Below, piece after piece: positions 1 through 16,452 of a stretch of 64,000 nt of DNA (the stretch's first letter is position 1; every line of letters starts with the position of its first letter). A model generated the notes under the pieces. That model was not told the DNA's origin. It saw only the letters and a list, made by a program, of their open reading frames with translations, and ran no database searches. Source of the DNA: Escherichia phage teqsoen; the sequence record MN895436.1; one strand, 5' to 3'. Position numbers and translations under genes: made by a program.

Positions 1-2
1 CC

Positions 3-980
3 CAACAACGATGCGTAACTGCGACTGACTATGATACATTCGTTTCAGAGAGATTCGGTTCTATTATTCAAGCTGTTCAAACTTTCACTGATTCTACTAA
101 ACCTGGGTATGCATTTATTGCTGCTAAACCTAAATCAGGATTGTATTTAACTACTGTACAACGTGAAGATATTAAAAATTATCTCAAAGACTATAATTTA
201 GCTCCTATTACGCCATCAATTATTTCTCCTAATTATCTTTTTATTAAGACTAATTTAAAAGTCACATATGCTTTAAATAAACTGCAAGAATCCGAACAGT
301 GGCTCGAAGGTCAAATAATTGATAAAATTGATCGTTATTATACCGAAGATGTAGAAATTTTTAACTCGTCTTTTGCCAAGTCTAAGATGTTGACATATGT
401 AGATGATGCAGATCATTCTATCATTGGTTCATCAGCGACAATTCAAATTGTTCGTGAAGTACAAAACTTCTATAAAACACCTGAAGCGGGTATTAAATAC
501 AATAATCAAATAAAAGACCGTTCTATGGAATCTAATACGTTTTCATTTAATTCTGGACGAAAGGTTGTAAATCCTGATACTGGTTTAGAAGAAGATGTAT
601 TATATGACGTTCGTATAGTATCAACAGACCGAGATTCTAAAGGAATTGGTAAAGTTATTATTGGTCCATTTGCTTCTGGCGATGTTACAGAAAATGAAAA
701 CATTCAGCCGTATACAGGCAATGATTTTAATAAATTAGCAAATTCTGATGGACGTGACAAATACTATGTTATCGGTGAAATAAATTATCCGGCTGACATG
801 ATTTATTGGAATATCGCTAAAATTAATTTAACATCTGAAAAATTTGAAGTTCAGACTATTGAATTATATTCTGACCCAACCGATGATGTTATCTTTACTC
901 GCGATGGTTCACTGATTGTATTTGAAAATGACTTACGTCCGCAATACTTAACTATCGATTTGGAGCCTATATCACAATGA
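3..980 (+). CDS. 6: Baseplate wedge protein gp6, C-terminal part (5' end lies upstream of the window)
   Basis: Frame is open from base 3 to the stop at 980 (track ORF 141..980 begins at an internal TTG). Stop overlaps the gp7 start. Position upstream of the 7-8-9-10-11-12 block matches T4 order. Confidence 0.7.
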   Translation, partial: QQRCVTATDYDTFVSERFGSIIQAVQTFTDSTKPGYAFIAAKPKSGLYLTTVQREDIKNYLKDYNLAPITPSIISPNYLFIKTNLKVTYALNKLQESEQWLEGQIIDKIDRYYTEDVEIFNSSFAKSKMLTYVDDADHSIIGSSATIQIVREVQNFYKTPEAGIKYNNQIKDRSMESNTFSFNSGRKVVNPDTGLEEDVLYDVRIVSTDRDSKGIGKVIIGPFASGDVTENENIQPYTGNDFNKLANSDGRDKYYVIGEINYPADMIYWNIAKINLTSEKFEVQTIELYSDPTDDVIFTRDGSLIVFENDLRPQYLTIDLEPISQ

Positions 981-3900
981 CAGTAAAAGCACCTTCAGTC
1001 ACTAGTCTCAGAATTTCCAAGTTATCCGCAAATCAGGTGCAAGTACGCTGGGATGACGTTGGTGCTAATTTCTACTATTTTGTAGAAATCGCTGAGACAA
1101 AAACAAACTCGGGGGAAAATCTCCCGAGTAATCAATACAGATGGATTAACTTAGGATATACTGCAAATAACAGCTTCTTTTTTGATGATGCTGATCCATT
1201 GACATCATACATTATTAGGGTAGCTACAGCTGCGCAAGATTTTGAGCAGTCTGATTGGATTTATACTGAAGAGTTTGAAACTTTTGCTACAAATGCTTAT
1301 ACATTTCAAAACATGATTGAAATGCAATTAGCCAATAAATTCATTCAGGAAAAATTTACTCTTAATAATTCTGATTATGTTAATTTTAATAATGACACTA
1401 TAATGGCTGCATTGATGAATGAATCATTTCAATTCAGCCCATCGTATGTTGATGTTTCATCAATAAGTAATTTTATTATTGGTGAAAATGAGTATCATGA
1501 AATACAAGGTTCTATTCAGCAAGTATGTAAGGATATTAACCGAGTTTATTTGATGGAATCAGAAGGAATTCTATATCTTTTTGAGCGCTATCAACCTGTA
1601 GTTAAAGTATCCAATGATAAAGGACAAACCTGGAAAGCTGTAAAGCTCTTCAATGACCGTGTAGGATATCCTTTATCTAAGACAGTATATTACCAATCTG
1701 CGAACACAACATACGTTCTAGGATACGACAAGATTTTTTATGGCCGCAAATCTACTGATGTTAGATGGTCAGCCGATGATGTCAGATTTAGTTCTCAGGA
1801 TATAACATTTGCTAAACTTGGCGACCAACTTCATTTAGGATTTGATGTAGAAATTTTTGCCACTTACGCGACTTTGCCAGCGAATGTATACCGCATTGCA
1901 GAAGCTATTACTTGCACCGATGATTACATTTACGTTGTCGCCAGAGACAAAGTTAGATACATAAAAACGAGTAATGCACCTATAGATTCTGATCCATTAT
2001 CTCCAACATATTCGGAAAGACTTTTTGAACCTGATACCATGACTATAACCGGAAATCCTAAAGCAGTATGTTATAAAATGGATTCTATCGGTGATAAAGT
2101 TTTTGCTCTTATTATTGGTGAAGTTGAAACATTAAATGCTAATCCTAGAACATCAAAAATAATTGATTCCGCTGATAAAGGAATATATGTTTTAAATCAT
2201 GACGAAAAAACATGGAAAAGAGTTTTCGGTAATACCGAAGAAGAAAGAAGACGTATTCAACCCGGATATGCGAATATGTCAACTGATGGTAAATTAGTTT
2301 CTCTGTCTTCGAGTAATTTTAAATTTTTAAGTGATAACGTTGTTAATGACCCTGAAACTGCAGCAAAATATCAGTTAATTGGTGCTGTCAAATATGAATT
2401 TCCTCGTGAATGGTTAGCTGATAAACATTATCATATGATGGCATTTATAGCAGATGAAAAATCTGATTGGGAGACTTTTACTCCTCAACCAATGAAATAC
2501 TACGCAGAACCATTCTTTAACTGGTCTAAAAAATCTAACACACGTTGTTGGATAAACAACTCCGATAGGGTTGTAATAGTTTATGCTGATTTAAAATACA
2601 CCAAAGTTATAGAAAATATTCCGGAAACATCACCAGATAGATTAGTTCATGAATATTGGGATGATGGTGATTGTACTATAGTAATGCCAAATGTTAAATT
2701 CACTGGATTTAAAAAATATGCATCTGGGATGCTTTTCTATAAAGCCTCCGGTGAAATAATTTCTTACTATGATTTTAACTATCGTGTGAGAGATACAGTA
2801 GAAATTATTTGGAAGCCAACTGAAGTATTTTTAAAAGCATTTTTACAAAACCAAGAGCATGAAACTCCTTGGTCGCCTGAAGAAGAGCGTGGACTAGCTG
2901 ACCCCGATTTAAGACCATTAATTGGCACAATGATGCCTGATTCTTATTTGTTACAGGATTCGAATTTTGAGGCATTTTGCGAAGCATATATTCAATATCT
3001 TTCTGATGGATATGGAACTCAGTATAACAATTTACGAAATTTAATTCGTAACAAATATCCACGAGAAGAGCATGCATGGGAATATTTGTGGTCAGAGATA
3101 TATAAAAGAAACATTTATTTAAATGCTGACAAACGTGATGCTGTTGCAAGATTTTTCGAATCACGTAGCTATGATTTTTATTCTACTAAAGGAATTGAAG
3201 CATCATACAAATTTCTTTTTAAAGTTCTTTATAATGAAGAGGTTGAAATTGAAATTGAATCTGGGGCTGGTACTGAATATGATATAATCGTTCAATCTGA
3301 TTCTTTGACTGAAGACTTAGTAGGACAAACGATTTATACAGCTACAGGAAGATGTAATGTTACTTATATAGAAAGAAGCTATTCTAATGGTAAATTGCAA
3401 TGGACCGTAACTATTCATAATCTTTTGGGACGATTAATTGCTGGTCAAGAAGTTAAAGCAGAAAGACTCCCTAGTTTTGAAGGCGAAATTATTCGTGGGG
3501 TTAAAGGAAAGGATTTGCTTCAAAATAATATAGACTATATTAATAGAAGTCGATCATATTATGTAATGAAAATTAAATCCAATTTACCTTCTTCTCGTTG
3601 GAAATCTGACGTTATTCGTTTTGTTCATCCAGTAGGATTTGGATTTATAGCAATTACACTTTTAACAATGTTTATTAATGTTGGTTTAACTCTTAAACAT
3701 ACAGAGACTATAATTAATAAATACAAAAACTATAAATGGGATTCTGGATTGCCTACTGAATATGCTGATAGAGTAGCTAAATTGACTCCAACTGGTGAAA
3801 TTGAGCATGATTCGGTAACAGGCGAAGCAATTTATGAGCCTGGCCCAATGGCTGGTGTAGAATATCCTCTTCCTGATGACTATAATGCTGAAAATAACAA

Positions 3901-4075
3901 TTCAATATTTCAAGGTCAATTGCCGTCTGAACGACGTAAATTAATGAGTCCTCTATTTGACGCATCTGGAACAACATTTGCGCAATTTAGAGATTTAGTT
4001 AATAAACGTCTAAAAGATAATATAGGAAATCCAAGAGACCCTGAAAATCCAACACAGGTTAAAATAGATGAATGA
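977..4075 (+). CDS. 7: Baseplate wedge protein gp7
   Basis: 1032-aa ORF, the T4 gp7 length as I recall it, in the expected position between 6 and 8. Confidence 0.85.
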   Translation: MTVKAPSVTSLRISKLSANQVQVRWDDVGANFYYFVEIAETKTNSGENLPSNQYRWINLGYTANNSFFFDDADPLTSYIIRVATAAQDFEQSDWIYTEEFETFATNAYTFQNMIEMQLANKFIQEKFTLNNSDYVNFNNDTIMAALMNESFQFSPSYVDVSSISNFIIGENEYHEIQGSIQQVCKDINRVYLMESEGILYLFERYQPVVKVSNDKGQTWKAVKLFNDRVGYPLSKTVYYQSANTTYVLGYDKIFYGRKSTDVRWSADDVRFSSQDITFAKLGDQLHLGFDVEIFATYATLPANVYRIAEAITCTDDYIYVVARDKVRYIKTSNAPIDSDPLSPTYSERLFEPDTMTITGNPKAVCYKMDSIGDKVFALIIGEVETLNANPRTSKIIDSADKGIYVLNHDEKTWKRVFGNTEEERRRIQPGYANMSTDGKLVSLSSSNFKFLSDNVVNDPETAAKYQLIGAVKYEFPREWLADKHYHMMAFIADEKSDWETFTPQPMKYYAEPFFNWSKKSNTRCWINNSDRVVIVYADLKYTKVIENIPETSPDRLVHEYWDDGDCTIVMPNVKFTGFKKYASGMLFYKASGEIISYYDFNYRVRDTVEIIWKPTEVFLKAFLQNQEHETPWSPEEERGLADPDLRPLIGTMMPDSYLLQDSNFEAFCEAYIQYLSDGYGTQYNNLRNLIRNKYPREEHAWEYLWSEIYKRNIYLNADKRDAVARFFESRSYDFYSTKGIEASYKFLFKVLYNEEVEIEIESGAGTEYDIIVQSDSLTEDLVGQTIYTATGRCNVTYIERSYSNGKLQWTVTIHNLLGRLIAGQEVKAERLPSFEGEIIRGVKGKDLLQNNIDYINRSRSYYVMKIKSNLPSSRWKSDVIRFVHPVGFGFIAITLLTMFINVGLTLKHTETIINKYKNYKWDSGLPTEYADRVAKLTPTGEIEHDSVTGEAIYEPGPMAGVEYPLPDDYNAENNNSIFQGQLPSERRKLMSPLFDASGTTFAQFRDLVNKRLKDNIGNPRDPENPTQVKIDE

Positions 4076-5072
4076 TTCAAGTGTTATCTATCGTGCGATA
4101 GTTACTTCAAAATTTAGAACAGAAAAAATGTTGAATTTTTATAATTCAATTGGAAGTGGTCCGGATAAAAACACTATCTTTATCACATTTGGAAGATCAG
4201 AACCGTGGTCATCAAATGAAAATGAGGTGGGCTTTGCCCCACCTTATCCTACCGATTCTGTATTAGGCGTAACTGACATGTGGACACATATGATGGGAAC
4301 AGTAAAGGTTCTTCCATCAATGCTTGATGCAGTTATTCCTCGTCGAGATTGGGGAGATACTAGATATCCGGATCCATACACATTTAGAATTAACGATATT
4401 GTAGTGTGTAACTCAGCTCCTTACAACGCTACTGAATCAGGCGCAGGCTGGTTAGTATATCGTTGTTTAGATGTTCCTGATACTGGAATGTGTTCAATCG
4501 CATCTTTAACTGATAAGGATGAATGCCTTAAGTTAGGTGGAAAATGGACTCCTTCTGCTAGGTCAATGACTCCGCCCGAAGGCCGAGGAGATGCTGAAGG
4601 AACAATTGAACCCGGAGACGGGTATGTGTGGGAATATCTATTTGAGATTCCGCCTGATGTATCTATAAATAGATGCACGAATGAATATATCGTGGTTCCT
4701 TGGCCTGAGGAATTAAAAGAAGACCCGACTAGATGGGGGTATGAAGATAATCTCACTTGGCAACAAGATGATTTTGGATTAATTTACCGTGTTAAGGCAA
4801 ATACTATCCGTTTTAAAGCATATTTAGATTCAGTTTATTTTCCTGAAGCTGCATTGCCAGGAAATAAAGGATTTAGACAAATATCAATAATCACGAATCC
4901 TCTTGAAGCTAAAGCTCATCCAAATGACCCAAATGTTAAAGCTGAAAAGGATTATTATGATCCGGAAGATTTAATGAGGCATTCGGGCGAAATGATTTAT
5001 ATGGAAAATAGGCCACCTATTATTATGGCAATGGATCAGACAGAAGAAATCAATATTCTGTTTACATTTTAA
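4068..5072 (+). CDS. 8: Baseplate wedge protein gp8
   Basis: 334-aa ORF overlapping the gp7 stop; size and synteny match T4 gp8. Confidence 0.85.
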   Translation: MNDSSVIYRAIVTSKFRTEKMLNFYNSIGSGPDKNTIFITFGRSEPWSSNENEVGFAPPYPTDSVLGVTDMWTHMMGTVKVLPSMLDAVIPRRDWGDTRYPDPYTFRINDIVVCNSAPYNATESGAGWLVYRCLDVPDTGMCSIASLTDKDECLKLGGKWTPSARSMTPPEGRGDAEGTIEPGDGYVWEYLFEIPPDVSINRCTNEYIVVPWPEELKEDPTRWGYEDNLTWQQDDFGLIYRVKANTIRFKAYLDSVYFPEAALPGNKGFRQISIITNPLEAKAHPNDPNVKAEKDYYDPEDLMRHSGEMIYMENRPPIIMAMDQTEEINILFTF

Positions 5073-5077
5073 ATTAA

Positions 5078-5100
5078 GGGAGCCCATGGGCTCCCTTTTT
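5078..5100 (+). terminator. Intrinsic terminator after gene 8
   Basis: Perfect inverted repeat GGGAGCCC-AT-GGGCTCCC followed by TTTTT, directly after the gp8 stop. Confidence 0.7.
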
Positions 5101-5103
5101 CTT

Positions 5104-5111
5104 TATAAATA
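5104..5111 (+). promoter_or_regulatory. T4-type late promoter (TATAAATA) for gene 9
   Basis: Exact TATAAATA about 25 bp upstream of the gp9 ATG; this is the gp55-dependent late promoter consensus. Confidence 0.65.
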
Positions 5112-5135
5112 CTATAAACTCATAAGGAAACCGCT

Positions 5136-6002
5136 ATGTTCATTCAAGAACCAAAGAAATTGATTGATACCGGCGAAATTGGTAACGCTTCTACTGGTGA
5201 TATCTTATTCGACGGTGGTAATAAAATTAATAGTGATTTTAACGCAATTTATAATGCGTTTGGCGATCAACGTAAAATGGCAGTAGCAAATGGCACCGGA
5301 GCTGATGGTCAAATTATCCATGCTACTGGATATTATCAAAAACACTCTATTGCAGAGTACGCAACTCCAGTGAAAGTTGGCACTAGACATGATATTGATA
5401 CCTCTACTGTAGGTGTTAAAGTTATCATTGAAAGAGGCGAACTCGGCGATTGTGTTGAATTCATTAACTCTAATGGATCAATATCAGTTACTAATCCTTT
5501 GACAATTCAAGCTATTGATTCAATTAAAGGTGTTTCAGGTAATTTAGTAGTAACTAGCCCATATAGTAAAGTTACTTTACGCTGTATTTCATCTGATAAT
5601 TCTACTTCGGTTTGGAATTATTCTATTGAAAGTATGTTTGGACAAAAGGAATCACCAGCTGAAGGTACATGGAATATTTCTACATCCGGATCAGTTGATA
5701 TTCCACTATTTCATCGTACTGAATACAATATGGCTAAATTGTTAGTTACGTGCCAATCGGTAGATGGAAGAAAAATTAAAACAGCAGAAATAAATATTCT
5801 TGTGGATACTGTTAATTCAGAGGTCATTTCTTCTGAATATGCTGTCATGCGAGTTGGGAATGAAACCGAAGAAGATGAAATCGCTAATATTGCATTTAGT
5901 ATTAAAGAAAATTATGTAACGGCGACTATAAGTTCTTCAACTGTCGGTATGAGAGCAGCAGTTAAAGTTATCGCTACGCAGAAAATCGGGGTGGCTCAAT
6001 AA
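5136..6002 (+). CDS. 9: Baseplate wedge protein gp9 (long tail fiber attachment)
   Basis: 288-aa ORF; size and synteny match T4 gp9. Confidence 0.85.
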   Translation: MFIQEPKKLIDTGEIGNASTGDILFDGGNKINSDFNAIYNAFGDQRKMAVANGTGADGQIIHATGYYQKHSIAEYATPVKVGTRHDIDTSTVGVKVIIERGELGDCVEFINSNGSISVTNPLTIQAIDSIKGVSGNLVVTSPYSKVTLRCISSDNSTSVWNYSIESMFGQKESPAEGTWNISTSGSVDIPLFHRTEYNMAKLLVTCQSVDGRKIKTAEINILVDTVNSEVISSEYAVMRVGNETEEDEIANIAFSIKENYVTATISSSTVGMRAAVKVIATQKIGVAQ

Positions 6003-7810
6003 TGAAACAAAATATTAATATCGGTAATGTTGTAGATGATGGTACCGGTGACTACCTGCGTAAAGGTGGTATAAAAATAAATGAAAACTTTGATGAGCTT
6101 TATTATGAACTCGGTGATGGTGATGTTCCATATTCAGCCGGTGCCTGGAAAACTTATAATGCTTCATCAGGACAAACATTAACAGCAGAATGGGGAAAAT
6201 CATACGCTATTAATACATCTTCTGGAAGAGTGACTATAAATCTTCCAAAGGGTACAGTTAATGATTACAACAAGGTAATTAGAGCTAGAGACGTATTTGC
6301 TACATGGAACGTTAATCCAGTTACACTAGTAGCTGCTTCCGGCGATACGATTAAAGGGTCTGCAGTACCAGTTGAAATTAATGTTCAATTCAGTGATTTA
6401 GAATTAGTGTATTGTGCCCCAGGACGTTGGGAATATGTCAAAAATAAACAAATTGACAAAATTACCAGTTCAGACATCAGTAATGTAGCTCGTAAAGAAT
6501 TTTTAGTTGAAGTTCAAGGACAAACGGACTTTTTAGATGTTTTCCGTGGAACTAGTTATAATGTAAATAACATCAGAGTAAAACATCGTGGTAACGAATT
6601 ATATTATGGCGATGTGTTTAGTGAAAACAGTGATTTTGGCTCTCCGGGTGAAAATGAAGGAGAACTAGTTCCTCTTGATGGATTTAATATTCGATTAAGA
6701 CAGCCTTGTAATATTGGCGACACTGTTCAAATTGAAACATTTATGGATGGTGTATCACAGTGGAGAAGTTCATATACAAGACGTCAAATTAGATTGTTAG
6801 ATTCAAAATTAACGTCAAAAACTTCTCTAGAAGGAAGTATTTACGTTACTGATTTATCAACAATGAAATCAATTCCATTTTCTGCTTTTGGATTAATTCC
6901 AGGAGAACCTATTAATCCTAACTCTCTTGAAGTTCGTTTTAACGGAATTTTGCAGGAATTGGCTGGCACAGTTGGAATGCCATTATTTCATTGTGTTGGT
7001 GCCGATTCAGACGATGAAGTAGAATGCTCTGTTTTAGGTGGAACTTGGGAACAATCTCATACCGATTATTCAGTTGAAACTGATGAAAACGGCATACCGG
7101 AAATTTTACATTTCGATAGAGTATTTGAGCATGGTGACATTATCAATATCACCTGGTTTAATAATGATTTGGGTACATTATTAACGAAAGATGAGATTAT
7201 TGATGAAACTGATAATCTCTATGTATCGCAAGGACCAGAGGTAGATATTTCAGGTGATGTAAATTTAACAGACTTCGATAAAATTGGTTGGCCAAATGTA
7301 GAAGCAGTTCAATCTTATCAACGCGAATTTAATGCTGTTTCAAATATCTTTGATACGATTTATCCTATTGGAACTATATATGAAAACGCTGTTAATCCAA
7401 ACAACCCTGTTACATATATGGGATTCGGCTCATGGAAATTATTTGGGCAAGGAAAAGTTTTAGTTGGATGGAATGAAGATATTTCGGATCCGAATTTTGC
7501 TCTAAATAACAACGATTTAGATTCTGGCGGAAATCCTTCGCATACTGCAGGTGGAACAGGTGGTTCTACTTCTGTTACATTGGAAAATGCTAATCTTCCT
7601 GCAACTGAAACAGATGAAGAAGTTCTAATAGTTGATGAAAATGGATCAGTCATTGTTGGTGGGTGTCAATACGATCCAGATGAATCCGGTCCAATTTACA
7701 CTAAATACCGTGAAGCTAAAGCATCTACTAACTCTACTCACACTCCGCCAACATCAATAACTAACATTCAACCATATATTACAGTTTATCGTTGGATAAG
7801 GATTGCATAA
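6002..7810 (+). CDS. 10: Baseplate wedge protein gp10
   Basis: 602-aa ORF, T4 gp10 length; its start overlaps the gp9 stop. Confidence 0.85.
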   Translation: MKQNINIGNVVDDGTGDYLRKGGIKINENFDELYYELGDGDVPYSAGAWKTYNASSGQTLTAEWGKSYAINTSSGRVTINLPKGTVNDYNKVIRARDVFATWNVNPVTLVAASGDTIKGSAVPVEINVQFSDLELVYCAPGRWEYVKNKQIDKITSSDISNVARKEFLVEVQGQTDFLDVFRGTSYNVNNIRVKHRGNELYYGDVFSENSDFGSPGENEGELVPLDGFNIRLRQPCNIGDTVQIETFMDGVSQWRSSYTRRQIRLLDSKLTSKTSLEGSIYVTDLSTMKSIPFSAFGLIPGEPINPNSLEVRFNGILQELAGTVGMPLFHCVGADSDDEVECSVLGGTWEQSHTDYSVETDENGIPEILHFDRVFEHGDIINITWFNNDLGTLLTKDEIIDETDNLYVSQGPEVDISGDVNLTDFDKIGWPNVEAVQSYQREFNAVSNIFDTIYPIGTIYENAVNPNNPVTYMGFGSWKLFGQGKVLVGWNEDISDPNFALNNNDLDSGGNPSHTAGGTGGSTSVTLENANLPATETDEEVLIVDENGSVIVGGCQYDPDESGPIYTKYREAKASTNSTHTPPTSITNIQPYITVYRWIRIA

Positions 7811-8469
7811 TGAGTTTACTTAATAATAAAGCGGGAGTTATTTCCCGCTTAGCCGATTTTCTTGGTTTTAGACCTAAAGCTGGTAATATAGATGTAATGA
7901 ATCGTCAATCAGTTGGGTCAGTGACAATTTCTCAATTAGCGAAAGGATTTTATGAACCAAACGTAGAATCAGCTATTAATGACGTTCATAATTTTTCTAT
8001 AAAAGACGTTGGTACAATTATTACTAATAAAACTGGTGTTTCTCCTGAGGGAGTTTCTCAAACTGATTATTGGGCATTTTCTGGAACTGTAACAGACGAT
8101 TCTCTTCCTCCGGGTTCTCCTGTTACGGTATTAGTATTTGGTCTTCCAGTTTCAGCAACAACTGGAATGACGGCAATTGAGTTTGTTGCAAAAGTTCGTG
8201 TTGCCCTTCAAGAAGCTATTGCGTCATTTACTGCTATCAACTCATATAAAGACCATCCAACAGATGGTAGTAAATTAGAAGTTACTTATTTAGATAATCA
8301 AAAACATGTATTAAGCACATATTCTACATATGGAATAACTATTTCGCAGGAAATTATTTCTGAGTCTAAACCTGGCTATGGTACATGGAATTTATTGGGC
8401 GCACAAACGGTAACTTTAGATAATCAGCAGACTCCTACAGTATTTTATCATTTTGAGAGAACAGCATGA
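7810..8469 (+). CDS. 11: Baseplate wedge protein gp11 (short tail fiber attachment)
   Basis: Track ORF 7792..8469 begins at TTG; the ATG at 7810 gives a 219-aa protein starting MSLLNNKAG, matching T4 gp11, and overlaps the gp10 stop as TAATGA. Confidence 0.85.
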   Translation: MSLLNNKAGVISRLADFLGFRPKAGNIDVMNRQSVGSVTISQLAKGFYEPNVESAINDVHNFSIKDVGTIITNKTGVSPEGVSQTDYWAFSGTVTDDSLPPGSPVTVLVFGLPVSATTGMTAIEFVAKVRVALQEAIASFTAINSYKDHPTDGSKLEVTYLDNQKHVLSTYSTYGITISQEIISESKPGYGTWNLLGAQTVTLDNQQTPTVFYHFERTA

Positions 8470-10049
8470 GTAATAATACATATCAACACGTTTCTAATGA
8501 ATCTCGTTATGTAAAATTTGATCCTACCGATACAAATTTTCCACCAGAGATTACTGATGTTCAGGCTGCTATAGCAGCCATTTCTCCTGCTGGCGTAAAT
8601 GGAGTTCCTGATGCATCGTCAACAACAAAGGGAATTTTATTTCTTGCCACTGAACAGGAAGTTATAGATGGAACTAATAATACCAAAGCAGTTACACCAG
8701 CAACGTTGGCAACAAGATTATCATATCCAAACGCAACTGAAACTGTTTACGGATTAACAAGATATTCAACCAATGATGAAGCCATTGCCGGAGTTAATAA
8801 TGAATCTTCTATAACTCCAGCTAAATTTACTGTTGCTCTTAATAATGCGTTTGAAACTCGTGTTTCAACTGAATCCTCGAATGGTGTTATTAAAATTTCA
8901 TCTCTACCACAAGCATTAGCTGGTGCAGATGATACTACTGCAATGACTCCATTAAAAACACAACAGTTAGCTATTAAATTAATTGCGCAAATTGCTCCTT
9001 CTGAAACCACAGCTACAGAGTCTGACCAGGGTGTTGTTCAATTAGCAACAGTAGCACAGGTTCGTCAGGGAACTTTAAGAGAAGGCTATGCAATTTCTCC
9101 TTATACGTTTATGAATTCTACTGCTACTGAAGAATATAAAGGCGTAATTAAATTAGGAACGCAATCAGAAGTTAACTCGAATAATGCTTCTGTTGCTGTT
9201 ACTGGAGCAACTCTGAATGGTCGTGGTTCTACGACGTCAATGAGAGGCGTAGTTAAATTAACTACAACCGCCGGTTCACAGAGTGGAGGCGATGCTTCAT
9301 CAGCCTTAGCTTGGAATGCTGACGTTATCCACCAAAGAGGCGGTCAAACTATTAATGGAACACTTCGCATTAATAACACACTTACAATAGCTTCAGGTGG
9401 AGCAAATATTACCGGAACAGTTAACATGACTGGCGGTTATATTCAAGGTAAGCGTGTCGTAACACAAAATGAAATTGATAGAACTATTCCTGTCGGAGCT
9501 ATTATGATGTGGGCCGCTGATAGTCTTCCTAGTGATGCTTGGCGTTTTTGCCACGGTGGAACTGTTTCAGCGTCAGATTGTCCATTATATGCTTCTAGAA
9601 TTGGAACAAGATATGGCGGAAGCTCATCAAATCCCGGATTACCTGACATGCGTGGTCTTTTTGTTCGTGGTTCTGGTCGTGGCTCTCACTTAACAAATCC
9701 AAATGTTAATGGTAATGACCAATTTGGTAAACCTAGATTAGGTGTAGGTTGTACTGGTGGATATGTTGGTGAAGTACAAAAACAACAGATGTCTTATCAT
9801 AAACATGCTGGCGGATTTGGTGAATGGGATGATTCTGGGGCATTCGGTAATACTCGTAGATCAAATTTTGTTGGTACACGTAAAGGACTTGACTGGGATA
9901 ACCGTTCATACTTCACCAATGATGGATATGAAATTGACCCAGCATCACAACGAAATTCCAGATATACATTAAATCGTCCTGAATTAATTGGAAATGAAAC
10001 ACGTCCATGGAACATTTCTTTAAACTACATAATTAAGGTAAAAGAATGA
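8466..10049 (+). CDS. 12: Short tail fiber protein gp12
   Basis: 527-aa ORF (T4 gp12 length) with ATGA overlap to gp11; sits between 11 and wac. Confidence 0.85.
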   Translation: MSNNTYQHVSNESRYVKFDPTDTNFPPEITDVQAAIAAISPAGVNGVPDASSTTKGILFLATEQEVIDGTNNTKAVTPATLATRLSYPNATETVYGLTRYSTNDEAIAGVNNESSITPAKFTVALNNAFETRVSTESSNGVIKISSLPQALAGADDTTAMTPLKTQQLAIKLIAQIAPSETTATESDQGVVQLATVAQVRQGTLREGYAISPYTFMNSTATEEYKGVIKLGTQSEVNSNNASVAVTGATLNGRGSTTSMRGVVKLTTTAGSQSGGDASSALAWNADVIHQRGGQTINGTLRINNTLTIASGGANITGTVNMTGGYIQGKRVVTQNEIDRTIPVGAIMMWAADSLPSDAWRFCHGGTVSASDCPLYASRIGTRYGGSSSNPGLPDMRGLFVRGSGRGSHLTNPNVNGNDQFGKPRLGVGCTGGYVGEVQKQQMSYHKHAGGFGEWDDSGAFGNTRRSNFVGTRKGLDWDNRSYFTNDGYEIDPASQRNSRYTLNRPELIGNETRPWNISLNYIIKVKE

Positions 10050-11509
10050 CAGATATTGTACTGAATGACTTACCATTCGTTGACGGCCCTCCTGCAGAGG
10101 GCCAGAGCCGCATTTCCTGGATTAAAAACGGCGAAGAAATTTTAGGAGCTGACACACAGTATGGAAGTGAAGGCTCAATGAATAGGCCTACAGTTTCTGT
10201 ACTAAGAAATGTTGAAGTTCTTGATAAAAACATTGGAATACTTAAAACATCTTTAGAAACCGCAAATAGTGATATTAAAACAATTCAGGGCATCTTAGAT
10301 GTATCTGGTGATATTGAAGCTTTGGCCCAAATAGGTATCAATAAAAAGGATATTTCTGACCTCAAAACGCTAACCAGTGAACATACAGAAATATTAAATG
10401 GGACTAATAGTACAGTTGACAGCATTCTTGCTGATATTGGTCCATTTAACTCCGAGGCCAACTCTGTATACAGAACGATCAGAAATGATTTACTGTGGAT
10501 AAAGCGTGAACTTGGACAATACACTGGTCAAGATATTAATGGTCTTCCTGTTGTAGGAAATCCTAGTAGTGGAATGAAGCATCGCATTATTAATAATACC
10601 GATGTCATTACTTCACAGGGAATACGTTTAAGCGAATTAGAAACAAAATTTATTGAATCTGATGTAGGTTCTTTAACTATCGAAGTTGGTAATCTTCGCG
10701 AAGAGCTTGGACCGAAACCACCGTCATTTTCACAGAACGTTTACAGTCGTTTAAATGAAATTGACACTAAACAGACAACAGTTGAGTCTGACATTAGTGC
10801 TATTAAGACCTCAATAGGATATCCAGGAAATAATTCGATTATCACGAGTGTTAATACAAACACTGATAATATTGCATCTATTAATTTAGAGCTAAATCAA
10901 AGTGGAGGTATTAAACAGCGTTTAACCGTTATTGAAACTTCTATTGGATCAGACGATATTCCTTCAAGTATTAAAGGCCAAATCAAAGATAATACAACTT
11001 CAATCGAATCTCTAAATGGAATCGTCGGTGAAAACACTTCATCTGGTTTAAGAGCGAATGTTTCATGGTTAAACCAAATTGTTGGAACTGATTCTAGTGG
11101 TGGACAACCTTCTCCTCCTGGGTCTCTTTTAAACCGAGTTTCTACAATTGAAACTTCTGTTTCAGGCTTGAATAATGATGTTCAAAACCTACAAGTAGAG
11201 ATTGGTAATAACAGCACAGGAATTAAAGGGCAAGTTGTAGCGTTAAATACTTTAGTAAATGGAACTAATCCAAACGGTTCAACTGTTGAAGAACGCGGAT
11301 TAACCAATTCAATAAAAGCTAACGAAACCAACATTGCATCAGTTACACAAGAAGTGAATACAGCTAAAGGCAATATATCTTCTTTACAAGGCGATGTTCA
11401 AGCTCTCCAAGAAGCCGGTTATATTCCTGAAGCTCCAAAAGATGGCCAAGCTTACGTTCGTAAAGACGGCGAATGGGTATTGCTTTCTACCTTTTTATCA
11501 CCAGCATAA
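10046..11509 (+). CDS. wac: Fibritin (whisker/neck protein)
   Basis: 487-aa ORF (T4 fibritin length), rich in serial heptad-like segments consistent with a long coiled coil; position between 12 and 13. Confidence 0.85.
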   Translation: MTDIVLNDLPFVDGPPAEGQSRISWIKNGEEILGADTQYGSEGSMNRPTVSVLRNVEVLDKNIGILKTSLETANSDIKTIQGILDVSGDIEALAQIGINKKDISDLKTLTSEHTEILNGTNSTVDSILADIGPFNSEANSVYRTIRNDLLWIKRELGQYTGQDINGLPVVGNPSSGMKHRIINNTDVITSQGIRLSELETKFIESDVGSLTIEVGNLREELGPKPPSFSQNVYSRLNEIDTKQTTVESDISAIKTSIGYPGNNSIITSVNTNTDNIASINLELNQSGGIKQRLTVIETSIGSDDIPSSIKGQIKDNTTSIESLNGIVGENTSSGLRANVSWLNQIVGTDSSGGQPSPPGSLLNRVSTIETSVSGLNNDVQNLQVEIGNNSTGIKGQVVALNTLVNGTNPNGSTVEERGLTNSIKANETNIASVTQEVNTAKGNISSLQGDVQALQEAGYIPEAPKDGQAYVRKDGEWVLLSTFLSPA

Positions 11510-11512
11510 CAT

Positions 11513-11528
11513 GGGGCCGCAAGGCCCC
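11513..11528 (+). other. GC-rich stem-loop with GNRA (GCAA) tetraloop between wac and gene 13
   Basis: GGGGCC-GCAA-GGCCCC directly after the wac stop and before the gene 13 RBS; no U-tract, so probably an RNA stability or processing element rather than a terminator. Confidence 0.5.
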
Positions 11529-11540
11529 AAAGGATTTTAA

Positions 11541-13242
<1,702 letters not shown>

Positions 13243-13283
13243 TAAATATTATAAACTAATTAAAGCCCAGATTAGGAGAAATC

Positions 13284-16424
<3,141 letters not shown>

Positions 16425-16452
16425 TATTAAAGCATATTAAAGAGGATTAAAA